Origin: Octopus sinensis
Lineage: Eukaryota
Reading direction: 5' to 3'
NCBI RefSeq assembly: GCF_006345805.1
Contig: NC_043001.1
Coordinates: 59,396,001-59,460,000, forward strand
DNA: 64,000 nucleotides
Both the position numbers and the translations under genes were made by a program. Below the pieces are notes generated by a model. The model had not been told where the DNA came from, did no database searches, and saw nothing but the letters and a program-made list of their open reading frames with translations. Shown one piece after another: positions 40,110 through 52,128 of this stretch. Numbering within the stretch: the stretch's first letter is position 1; every line of letters begins with the position of its first letter.

Positions 40110-42075
40110 TATGAAAAAACAAGTCAAAATAGAAAATGCTAAAATAATTTTATAAAGAACATTTCAGTACCGGTTTCGGTCATTTTGAGACCTTTCAACT
40201 GTAATGATTAAATAATTAAATTTAGAAAAATTACAAAAAAAGTTTTTTTAAAGGAATATTTGTATAGTGTCCAAATATAAGAGGCATTCTGCCTTTCTCT
40301 GTCTCCCTTGTTTGCACTTGTGTGTTCGAGGTCGTTGTGAATTCTTGGTAGGGTAGAAGAAGAAGAAGGCTGATGAGGAGAGGGGGTGGTAAAATCTGGG
40401 AGTGCCTTGATGGTCGAATTTTGAATGGTCAGTGGCGGCTAGCAGTCGCAGTTCAATTCAGGAGAATATTTCTATTGAAAGGTTTGTTTATGGAATTTGC
40501 GTAGGTTATACTAAAAAGCATTAGTGATAAAGTTAAGAGGTAGAAGGTGGAGAAGAAGAAGATGACGATGTTGATGATGATGATGATGATGAAGAAGAAG
40601 AAGAAGAAGAAGAAGAAGAAGAAAAAGAAAAAGAAGGAGAAGGGGAAGAAGAAGATGATGATGATGGTGATGATGATGACCTCGATGATGATGATAATGA
40701 TGATGATGAAGAAGAGGAAGAACAAGAAAAAAGAGAGAAGGGAGAATATGAATGGGTGAAAGTATGAGGTGTGTATGAACTTGAGTTGGCATGTTATGGA
40801 TTATAGCTGTGATTGGGCTGATTTGTAATGGATTCTTTGGAGTAATATTTTGTGTGTGTATTTCTTTTATTCTAAAGTTGAGGTATATTAATCGTTTGTC
40901 GTAGACCCGTTAAGAAGTGGCCTGTATTTTGTAATAAAAAGAGTTTCTTTACTTATTCGTTGTCTCGAGGTTGTATCGTCCCTAAATTGGTAGAGGGGGA
41001 AAATCCTGAAGCCTGGTGTTTTGTTGTTGGCGCAAGTATCTATGTGTTGGCTGAAAGCTATTTTTCTGTTTTGGGGAATTTTTATCTGGGATCTGTGCAG
41101 GGCCATTCTTTTACGCAAACTATTTTTTGTTTGGCCTATGTACTGCTCTTGACACCCGGAGCAGGTTAGTGAGTATATTAGGTTCTCCGAAGTACATGTG
41201 AAGTTGCTTTTCACTGTAAACCGTTGTCCCTGTTTGAAGGAGAACTCTGATACCTCAATTAGATAATCGCATATCCCGCAATTGGGTCTTCCACATTTTT
41301 TTACTGTCGGCTTCTGTGTTGAAGAGTGAATTCGGGCTTGTGTTAGGAGACTTTTCATAGATTTAGGCTCTCTTGCTTTTTATGATCGTGTGTGTTTGGA
41401 GGATTGTATTCATTCTGTGGTCTTTTTTTAGGAGCGGTATGTTGTGGAGGATGGTGCCGAAGGCTTCGTTATTGAGAGGGTTGTGTGTGGAGATGTATGG
41501 TAAGGCTTTTGGTCGTAAGTTTTTCTTTGATTTGGGATGTCTCAGTTCCTTGATGTTAAGTTGAAGGACACGTTGAATGCACTTGTGAAGGTGGATAGTT
41601 CCTGGTGATAAGGGTATCTTTTAGTTCTTGTAGTCGTGTGTCTCTGGTGTTTGCATTAGAGACTATAGTGCATATCCTTTTTGCTAGATTGAAGGGGATA
41701 TTCATCCTGGTGTGTCTGGGGTGGCATGAATTGAATGGAAGATATTGCTTAGAATCTGTAGGCTTATAATATATGTCTGTTTCTATTACATTATTAGCTT
41801 TCTTAATGAGGATATCGAGGAAGGGGAGTTGTTGCTGGCTATATTCCATCGTGAATTGGATGTTTACGTCCAGTCCGTTTAAAATTTCTTGGAATTCTAT
41901 GAGTTTTTCTATATTTTTATGCCAAAGAATGAAACAGTCATCTAGATATCTCTTCCAGTTGTTTTCTATGTAGATGGAGAAAGGGCTGCCATATCTTTCT
42001 AGAATCGGGGACTGCGATGGGTACACGAATGGCCCCCTCCTTTGCCAACCTAGTCATGGGATATCTAGAGATCAG
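40110..42075 (-). mobile_element. Penelope-like element family A: 5'-truncated RT plus GIY-YIG, simple-repeat 3' region, 5' inversion
   Basis: WKRYLDDCFILW...LPFLDILIKK...IYYKPTDSKQYLPFNSCHPRH (41556..42026); CGRPNCGICDYL...NLIYSLTCSGCQEQYIGQTKNSLRKRMALHRSQI (40888..41358). Confidence 0.92.
40160..40206 (-). ncRNA. Minimal type I hammerhead-like motif at the PLE family A 3' end
   Basis: cattacag-TTGAAA-GGTC(tcaaaat)GACC-GAAAC-CG-GTA-ctgaaatg: helix I 7/8 bp, helix II 4 bp, palindromic ACCGGT helix III. Confidence 0.55.
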
Positions 42076-42080
42076 TCTGT

Positions 42081-42430
42081 ATGTACACCTTTGATAATAC
42101 AACACGCGCCATTTATAACTGCATAGTATGTAAGACTAACCCTGGCATTAACCGTAGAACTAGAAATGTAGTCTACTGCATAAGGTGCATAGATTGTGCT
42201 TGTAAAGAAAGAAACATGATATATATAGGTGAAACATCTAGGAGCATTGTGGAGAGACTAAATGTTTATTTGAGACAATATGACGACACTAAACGTTCTC
42301 CATACTCTTCTAACATGTCAAAGACCAACATGAACGATCACTGCGTCAACCTGACATCCGCAATTTATCCAATCACCCGAAGGCCTAAATACAGGAGTAT
42401 GTCTTCATAAATGAAACGGTCCCAGTACTA
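42081..42430 (+). mobile_element. Penelope-like family B GIY-YIG remnant
   Basis: RNVVYCIRCIDC..KERNMIYIGETSRSIVERL; C-terminal PEGLN in a shifted frame. Confidence 0.8.
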
Positions 42431-42463
42431 AATAGGAAATATACGTAGTAGGTAGCCATACTC

Positions 42464-42547
42464 CAATACCCAATACCCACAATACCCACAATACCCACAA
42501 TACCCAATACACCAATACTCAAATACACCAATACCCCAGTGCCCACA
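42464..42547 (+). repeat. (CAATACCCA)-like minisatellite
   Basis: About 9 degenerate units, five CCC runs. Confidence 0.85.
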
Positions 42548-42659
42548 GTATATACATACATATATATACAAGTAGAGTAGTTAGTGGGCTGTTATGTAGA
42601 CGTATGTATGTGTGTATGTGCGTATATATATATATATAGTATATATATATATATATATA

Positions 42660-42702
<43 letters not shown>

Positions 42703-42706
<4 letters not shown>

Positions 42707-42885
42707 AGATCGTTAGCCACTACACACATTTTTTTCTCTCCTTGTTTTTTTCTGTGTCCCCTTTCTGTAGAAGAGCGTAGGCTCGAAACGTAAAAGACTT
42801 TTTCTATTCCTGAGTGTTATACTAATACATCTGTTTGTTTTGTACACCACCTGTTTTCATCTTTTGTTTTTTCATAAACTCTCCC
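42703..42885 (+). repeat. PLE family C terminal repeat (pseudo-LTR), upstream copy
   Basis: Direct repeat of 44997..45187; flanked both sides by (TA)n. Confidence 0.88.
42761..42796 (+). ncRNA. Minimal hammerhead-like motif (CUGUAGA core variant)
   Basis: CTTT-CTGTAGA-A-GAGC(gtag)GCTC-GAAAC-GTA-AAAG. Confidence 0.55.
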
Positions 42886-42961
42886 TATATAGATAGATAA
42901 ACAGATATATATATATATAAAATAGATATATATATACACACATATATATACATACATACAT

Positions 42962-43025
<64 letters not shown>

Positions 43026-43026
<1 letters not shown>

Positions 43027-45187
43027 CTCTAGTTTCGCTGGTCCCAATCCCGAACTATCGACGTCGTTACAACATTGACGACTGTATCGGTGCCACCTCA
43101 CTCTCCTGCGAACATCTAGACTCCTTCCTCTCTTTCGTTCACTCCTTCCATCCTGCCCTCCACTTCACCTGCACTATCTCCAACACCTCTGTTTCCTTCC
43201 TCGACATTTCGGTCAGCATTCATCACTCCACTCTTACCACCTCCATTCACTACAAACACACAGACTCACACTCATACCTAAACTTCTCTTCCTCCCACTC
43301 CAAACACACCAAGCTTTCCATCCCCTATTCCCAATTCCTCCGTCTACGTAAGCTGTATAGTGACGACCATGACTTTGAGACTCGCCACTTCATCCTACGT
43401 GGATACCCCCTCACCACTATCCACACCGCCCTTGCCAGAGCACGTTCCGTAGACCGTGCATCTGCTTCCTTCCCCCCCCCCCCCGAACCCACCCTGCAGT
43501 CTCCCGCCTCCCTTTTCCCCACACTTATCACCCCATCACCCTATCTCTCCAACGCACCATTCTTCGAGCTTTCCGGCATCTCCAGTCCGACCCGTCCACT
43601 TCACACCTCTTTCCTAACCGACACCTCCCCTCCTTCAAATGAGCCCATAACCTACGAGACCTCTTGGTCCACAGCTTCTTCCCTGACCCTACCTCTCAAC
43701 CTGGCTCTTTCCTCTGCTCCCGCCCACGTTGCCGCACTTGCCCTTACCTCTCCAACACCACCCTCCTCACCGGCACCCATCATCGACCCTATCACATCAT
43801 CGACTCCTTCACCAGCACCTCCAGCAATATCATCTATTTCATCTCCTGCTCTCTCTGCCATTCCCTGTACATCGGACAAACGGGACGCCGCTTACCTGAC
43901 CGGTTCGCGGAACACCTCCGAGACATTCGCCTCGCCAATGACACTCCAGTCTCACGCATTTCCGCTCCACCGGTCACTCCTTGCAACACCTATCTGTGTT
44001 CGGATTGTCCTTGCACAGAGGCCATCCGGATTCCCGCTTGTGCCGTGAACAGAGATTAATCTTCTCTCTTCGCTCTTTTACGCCATTTGGGCTCAACTCC
44101 CCCCCCCCCTTTTTCATCTAACCTCCTCCCCGACTCCTACTTCTCTTCAGTCCTACATCTTTTCTCTCTTACTCGCTTTCCCTCCACTTCTCTTCTTTCC
44201 CTTCTTCCCCCTTCTTCCCTCTTCTCCCTCTTCTCTCTTCTTCTCTCTTCTTCCCTCTTCCCCTTCTCTCTTTCTCTCTGCTTCCTCACTCCCCTTCTCT
44301 CCCCTTCTCTCCCCCTCCTCCCCTCCCCCTCTCCATCCCCATCCTCCTCCCCTCTCCCCTTTCTTCTATCTCCCCTCCCTCCCCTCTCTTTTCCCCTCCC
44401 TCCCCCATCTCCTGCTCCCCTCTCTTCTCTCCTCCTCTCTCTCCTCCTCTCTCTCCTCGTATACCCACCTTCCCCTCCCCCTACTCCACCTTCCCTATCC
44501 TTCCCACCCTTCCCTATCTTTCCCACCCCTTCCCCACTCTACCTCACACCCTCCGCTACACACCTACACACATCACCCCTATCCCACACCTCTCCCTCAC
44601 ATACCTCATCCATATCCCATACCCCTCCACATATAACCCCACCCTCTACCTACTCACAACCCCCGTTCTACCCCAACCCCCAGCCGAACCCACTCCCCAC
44701 CTGTGCTTTCCCTACCTCCCCACAACATCACACCACACTACACTACACTACACCATACAACATTAAACATCACATCAAAACACACCACCCACATACCCAT
44801 CCCCACATCTCAACACCCACACATACATACACACACACGTCCAGACCACTAGCCCTCTTTCACACGCACATGCATACTCTCTTATACACACACGCACCTT
44901 TGTGTTAGGGGCACCTTCATTTTGGAAGTCACTTGACCCTGTTATCTCCCCTACGGTCCTTCTCGCGTCTGACCACTGTCCGACGTCAGGACGCCATGAT
45001 AGATCGTTAGCTCCTACACGCATTTTTTTCTCTCCATGTTTTTTTTACTGTGTATCCTTCTGTCGAAGAGCGTAGGCTCGAAACGTAAAAGACTTTTTCT
45101 ATTTCTATTCCTGAGCGCTATACTAATACATTTGTTTGTTTGTACTCCACCTGCCTTCGTCTTTTGTTTATTTTCGTAAACCTTCCC
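43026..45187 (+). mobile_element. Penelope-like element family C: RT C-terminus, GIY-YIG, about 800-bp C/T-rich region, terminal repeat
   Basis: YNIDDCIGA, SFLDISVSI, IHYKHTDSHSYLNFSSSH, CSRPRCRTCPYL...IIYFISCSLCHSLYIGQTGRRLPDRFAEHLRDIR; frameshifted. Confidence 0.92.
45056..45091 (+). ncRNA. Minimal hammerhead-like motif (CUGUCGA core variant)
   Basis: cctt-CTGTCGA-A-GAGC(gtag)GCTC-GAAAC-GTA-aaag. Confidence 0.5.
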
Positions 45188-46029
45188 GTTATATGTATAT
45201 ATATATATATATATATGATATCGATATATAGATATATATCTATATACTTATATATATATGTATATGCATATATATGTAGATAAACGGATATGAATGTAAA
45301 CGGATAGACAAACAGATAGATAATATGGACAGACAAGCACATACACGCACACAAACACATGAATATGCAGAATACATACATACAAACGTACACACATGCA
45401 TGCATACATACATACGTACCCACATATGTGTATGCGTACGCATACTGACCCATCTACATGCGCACAAACGAACAAAAAGAACGCAGCTCGGATAACGGAC
45501 AGAGTCAACGACTTTTGAAAAGATGAAAGATGCAACGAAAATTTTAGAAAAAATAAGTAAGTAATGAGCGGAAATTGGGCCGGTCTGTTAAATAATAAGG
45601 CACTAAAAGAGAATGATCCTCCCCAGCCACAATAAAATATGCTTCAACACACGAATTCACATAAAGAATCTTGCAAAGCAAATCCAAATACGAAAGAAAT
45701 AGTTTTGATATAAAAATTAATGACTTCGTTTATACATGAACTCCACTCGTTTTGGTTTGATGGTGAATGCGTGTAATATCTTGTCATGCTTTTCTAGATG
45801 GAAAACCTACCCAGTGAAGACAGCCGTTCTAGGGACATTGTGCTTCTCAGAGATCCATAGATTCTATCCAACGTTGAGAAACTTCTCTTATTGGCAACTG
45901 ATGTTAAGGGGGTGGTCAGCATAGCGGAAGACAATTCTAATTATACAATAAATCTAAAAAGGAGTTGATTGACTTTCACTTTTTGAAATCACTGTCTATA
46001 TACATATATTTTAGCTCGTTCACTAAGCT

Positions 46030-47316
46030 CTTGCAGTAAAAAAAAATGAATGGATAGTTGTTTTCTAGAGAGTCAAGATGTTACATGGGAAATGAGTTAG
46101 CAAACTCTTCAAGATTAACTTCTAGTAATTAGAAAAATGCATACTCCTGAATGCCAGAAAATCTCTCTGGTAAGAACATTAGAATGTTTTCTACTATTTC
46201 AAAGTAGGTAGTTTTGTAATTAACTTGTGATCCTCTGACTCTTTTTCTAGGAGGAGGATCGAATTCATCTGCCCGTTCAATGTCAGCAACCGTTTCGCGC
46301 AGTATGTTTTCATAATGTTCGCGCTTACCATAAGCTTCAACACAATGAATGAAGTCATTTAGTTTGCTGTGATCATACTTTGTTTCGAGTACCCTACACT
46401 GTAGGATATGAAAAACTTTTCCAGCCTGGGAAAGTATGTTATGAAAGCAATTGATGCAAAACATGAATGTGAAGTCATTCAACATTGCCAATAGATTGTC
46501 TGTTTGACAAAGTGTTTCTTCAACCTACATTTCACTAAAGCCCAGAATACTTGTGAAGGCATTTTTCAAGTTTTCATGCAATAGATTTATGGATGACACA
46601 TTTCGTGATCTATAGCATCATCTTATTCCCTACAGTGCTGAAATACTGATATTAAACTGCCTGAAAACATTTTCCCGCTAGGGGAATGAAGAAAGACCCT
46701 TTCTTTCCCACTCACTTTCTCGGCACTTTTACTCAAAACTAAGTTAAGTTTATGCACATAGCAGTGAATGAAGTGCGCGTGTTTAAATTCTTTATCCCTT
46801 AGCGTGCTCTGTACTCCATTTAGCGTCCCTGCCATTACAGGTATTTCGTCGTAAGTCTGGCTCACTAATTTATCCGTAGCGTCACTGAAGGAGTTCAACG
46901 CAGCTGCGATCACATCAGTCTGTCTTGTAGCACTTTTATCATCACCGACTTCAAGGAATCTAAGAAATCGTTCACATATTTTGTTTTTATATGCATATCT
47001 TATTATGATCGACAGTTGGGCATGTATTGCACAGTCTATAGACGATGGTAATTTTCTCTATTAATGCTGTCACTTCCTTCATCATGTCCACGTAAAAGCA
47101 TCTCCTACACTGGTATATCACTGTATTTGTTAACGGCTTTAAACATTGTCTATTTTCTTCAACTTTTTGTTATGCCGTTCTTTTTCCAGTTTAGCAGACT
47201 TACTAATAACTGTCAAAATATTGTACAGTTCGGAAGTTTTCAAGCATTTATAACTACTTAAATAACTCACAGATTTACTGTGGTGCTTATAGCCACACAG
47301 AATATCTTTATAATTA
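46030..47316 (-). pseudogene. hAT transposase relic (ZMYM1-like/DUF4371 type), main part
   Basis: LLRGHDEGSDSINRENY, CERFLRFLEV, KLVSQTYD..VMAG.LNGVQ..L...F..AHFIHCYVHKLNLVL, YFEIVENILMFLPERFS. Confidence 0.88.
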
Positions 47317-48923
47317 CTAGCATTATGACCCGTCGTTGCCGGGTCATAGTGCTAGTGCATGTATATATGTGTCTATATATATGTGTACATATAACATGTA
47401 CATCTATATATATATACATCTACACATAAAATACAAAATACAAAGTTATATCTTGATATCGATAGTGATAACAATACTCAAAATATATAACAGACTGGAA
47501 TTGTAGGCCCGTCTCTTGCAATTTCGATCAATTGTATCCTGTCCTCCCTCTTGTATAGAAGTGTGGCTACAATCCAGCCTACCTCTACTTCTGGGGGGAC
47601 ATTTAACATTTTTATCCGGGACGTCCTACGTCCCAGATATAAAGGTAAAAATAAAATATTTCCACTTTGCAAGATTCGAGTCGCGTACTCCCTTGCACGC
47701 TCCGTTGACTCGAACCTTGCTTCTGTTGTGTCGAATTTACCGTCTCTGGTTAGATATCTTTCATAGTCGCTCCAAGGCACTTTTCGATGGTGCTTTCCTC
47801 CAGATGTTTAAATCTTTTTTTCTCTACATTGTATACTTTATAGACAATAGTCTTTTCTTTAATTTAATTTTTTATTTCGTTTAATGGTGTTAACCAAGAT
47901 TCACCGTCTTTGTCGGTGATCAATCCGAAATAGGTTTGTATTTCTTCCATTTTAATTTTAATGAGTTCGCCGCCCGCCGACGGCTGCAGCGAAATTCATT
48001 TTTGGACTTTCTTCTATTGAAGGCATTCTAACAAAACTGCTTCCGTATAAACGGTGAAAATATTGTCAATTTCCCCAAACAGGGACACAATTCAATTTTT
48101 AAACAATAACCAAAGCTCCTTCTCCCAAAGGGGGAGGCTTACAGTTTACAATTCTTTAACAAATGCAACACAGCAACGATTCCCTTACGAGGACCCAACA
48201 AACGTGATAACAATAGTTAAACAGTAATAATAATAACAACAAACCTTACGGTGAATCAAAAAGCAGTACGCAGTTGAAGCTATAGTTCTTTATGTGTAAG
48301 AAATAAACCAACAGCAGTACTCAGTAGAAGCGGCTGTTCGAGAAAACAGACATTACATACGGCCAAACTTCATATAGATACTTAATGCTAGCTAATTAGT
48401 AGATAATGTAATGTAAGAGCCGTAGTAAACGGTATGTGCACAGCTCCATCTGGACTATTCCATTTCTGCATGCTAATTTTATTTTTAGTTTATTCCCATT
48501 CATGTGAAACCACTTATTCAAGTTCAAGTCATTGATGCAATGTTATACCAATTGCTATTTTTACTTTTGTTATGTTACGATTATATTATACTTTAGTTTG
48601 ATTTTAAATATTACTTACTACATATAATTCAATTGTTATTATTATCTCTAATTTTTATTGTTAAAGTGAAAGTATCTGACATAAAATAGAGAAATGTTTT
48701 TGTTTCACATTTAACACGTAATACTGAAATAGTGGGGAAGATATGATATTTCTATGGGCTCGCTCTAGGCAAGAAGTTGAATATTTTATTTGCCCATGAA
48801 ACTACATGGACCCTAAGTAAGGCATGTGTAAAATTTGAATGAAATTGGTTGTGTAGTTCTCAAGTTTTAGGGAAACACACAGACAGGCAGACACACACAT
48901 TCTGAGTTTTATATATAGAGAGA
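47317..48923 (-). mobile_element. Non-autonomous Helitron, copy 2 (inverted relative to 4211..5805)
   Basis: Colinear reverse complement of copy 1; A|TCTCTCTATATATAAAAC start, hairpin plus CTAG|T end; carries the same LINE ORF1-like fragment (ORF 47478..47780). Confidence 0.9.
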
Positions 48924-49170
48924 TAATAGCCTCCATCTGTCCACAAATGATTAGCTTTTGGTTGAAACAACAAACATAGTTTCTCTGTTACACTACTTGC
49001 ACAAAGCCAATCAATCTGTTCATAATATTTTTATCTGGAATGTTAGAGTTCCTACTTTAGTCTTCAATGAAAATGTCGACCTGCCTGCTCGAAAAATTTC
49101 ACGTTTTACCACAATATTTCTAGCCCTAAATAGCTTACTTTATATCTAGCACAATGTCTTTCTTCATTAG
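48924..49170 (-). pseudogene. hAT transposase relic, N-terminal part separated by the Helitron insertion
   Basis: FQIK.YEQIDWLCASSVTEKLCLLFQPKANHLWTDGGY resembles a TTF-type zinc-finger N-terminus and joins in frame to 47316. Confidence 0.75.
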
Positions 49171-49767
49171 TAATTAAAGGATAAAAATAAAGCAACCCTG
49201 CAAAACACAACTGTTCTTTACATAGAAACGCGCAAAATAACAACAATCAAATAACGACAGCGGAATGCACAACAAACATCAGCGATCTCTTACTGTCGCT
49301 TGTACACCTGACAAAAGAGGCGAGTTAGTCTTTTACACCTACCAGACTCGTTTGTATTAGCCCAGTTGCTGGATAATTTTTCGGTTCTTTAAGAATATTG
49401 TTGAACGGAAAATCTTCATAGATTGGAATTGAAATCACAATCTCTATAGAAAATTATTGTTCCAAGAAAGCATTAAATTCGAATTGCTTTTAATTTTTAC
49501 TATTATAGATAACAACTCGGGCTCTAACTTCTGTCGACGTCGAAGGAACAACTGCTTCGAATGATATTTTTTTTACACACGGAATCTCTAAGACAACCGC
49601 CAGTAGCCGAACGAAAATAAACGAACTGCAACGAGACTCAATAAAAGGAGCCCGGTTTATTGGGCTGCAATTACATACTTGAAGTCAATGTTGGCAGACA
49701 TTTAATCAGCTTGCAAATACACGTTCACTTTACTAAATTTATACTCGGGCTAAGCCTAAACAGCTCG

Positions 49768-49928
49768 TACCTGCGTGGTAAGAAGCTTGCTTCACAACCA
49801 CATGGTTCCGGGTTCAGTCACACTGAGTGGCAACTTTGGCAAGTAACTCCTTTGTATAGCCTAGGGCCAACCAAAGGTTGTGAGTGGATATGGTATACGG
49901 TTACTGAAAGAAGCCCATCGTGTATATG

Positions 49929-49975
<47 letters not shown>

Positions 49976-50188
49976 TATATATATATTTATGTATGTGTGT
50001 CTTTGTGTCTGTGTTTGTCCCCCCACCATCGCTTGACAACCGATGGACGTGTTTATGTCCCCAAAACATAATTGTTCGTAAAGGAGACCGATAGAATAAG
50101 TATTAGGCATACAAAGAATAAGTCCTGAGGTCGATTTGCTCCACTAAAGGTGGTGTTTCAGCATGACCGCAGTCCAATTATTGAAACG
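49768..50188 (+). mobile_element. tRNA-derived SINE, near full length (family of 736..1152)
   Basis: gtggtaagaagcttgcttcacaaccacatggttccgggttcagtc...ctgaaagaagcccatcg...gtcgatttgctccactaaaggtggtg...gaaac. Confidence 0.9.
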
Positions 50189-51173
50189 TGTGTGTATATA
50201 TATATATATAACCACGTCTGAATAACCCTGGGGAGGACAGATTTAATACAAGAAACTACCAACTAGAATTAAAGCTTGTCTCTCAAGTATCTTTTCGGTG
50301 AGTTTGTAACGAAATCCTTTTATCAAGATTAGAAACACAGTCGTCAGATACGCTCAGTGAATCCATAATTGGAAAATCCAAAATGTATATACAGAATACA
50401 AATGATATACTGAATAATATTAATACAGTTTTTATATTTTGCATACAATCTACAGGCGATATATGCTCTCCTCCCTACGGTTGCAACTTTTTATTTGTTT
50501 ATATGTAGCTTCAAAGTCACGTGAAATAGGAACATATGAAGAAGTATTGTTTTCTATTCTTTCTTAATATCATTCTTTCCCTTAAGAATATTTTTTCGCG
50601 TGCATTATTATTTATAGTACACATTGACAAATAAGATGTGCAATATGTGTACAGATATGCACTCACTTGCAAAATAATTCGTATTCGGATACATAATAGC
50701 ACACAAAACATACACTCATAAGCGTGTGTATGCGGATGAACGCATATATGTTTCCCACTGTGTAAAATTTTATTGACTGTTTCTGACTAAATTATGTGTG
50801 ATCTATCATGGTATAAGATTATTTGTGATTTGGTATGTGGTGACACATATATATGTTACTGTGTTTGCATCTGTGTGCATGTATCTGAATGCGCATGTGT
50901 GTACAAGTATTACGTATTTGCGTGCGTGCGTGTGTGTGTATATGTGTGTGTGCGTATGTGTGTGTGTGCGCGCGCATGTGCAAGGGCGCTTGTATTTGTG
51001 AGTGTATTCATCTCCAGGCATCGTGTAAAAATTTGTGATTTCATGTTTAACTAAAAATATCTCGAAAACCTAGTTACAGCTTTGACAACTTTACGATGTT
51101 AATTTAATTGTTTTGCAACAGAAGACTTCGTTGGTAGGTATTTCTTTTATATTTGCTTTTCTCCAGAATTAGG

Positions 51174-51238
<65 letters not shown>

Positions 51239-51995
51239 GTGAGAATGAGAATGAGATAGTGAGAGAAAGATATAGAGGGAATGAGAGAAAGGGAGAATGA
51301 AAGACAGAGCGATTGTATAACAGAAAGAGAGGGAATATAATGAATAAGAGATTGTAAGCCATTGTAAAGTTTAGCGATCAGAAGTTGAGACCATTACATT
51401 GCCTCTCAGCATTATAAGTTTCACCAGATTGACTTCTCAAAATATTAACTATTATAATTTCATTTCGCTTCTAAATAATCTTGGCGATGAAAAAGCAGAA
51501 GGAAATGGAAATTGTATAAACAGGACTCTTCGAGAAACATTTTAAATAAATAAATGCATAGAAACAAAATAATTCCCTGTAAGACTTGAAGAACAATATG
51601 TTAAAATAGTATTCTGCAATAAATAGGGAGAGCACCATGACGATTTTTAAAAAATGGAAAAGCTTCAAGATATAAAGCAAAATTTTACATACGTGCGCGC
51701 ACAGGCATACGCACACACACAACAACACATGCAAACGCACGCGCGTACACACACACACACACACAAACACATACACACACACATACATACCGCGTATTGA
51801 TTCATTTCAGATTTCTCGATTAGAACTACTGTTGATGGATGAAACGTTTACCAATAAGGAAACGATAATGTGTAACAATACACATATATACATGTTTCTA
51901 TACAATATTCTTTTCTAAACTGTGTGTTTTGACACATTACGTTCTGTACTGGAAAAGCGCAACCCAACAAAATACAAGCACAGACACGCTCACAT

Positions 51996-52128
<133 letters not shown>

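Noticed and set aside
42464-42547. Possible telomeric repeat primed by a PLE
   Set aside because: Unit is not TTAGGG, it is degenerate and internal, and the PLEs here retain GIY-YIG, unlike endonuclease-less telomeric PLEs
44087-44908. 273-aa Pro/Ser/Leu-rich ORF
   Set aside because: Stop-poor C/T low-complexity 3' region of a Penelope element; not conserved as an ORF in the other copies
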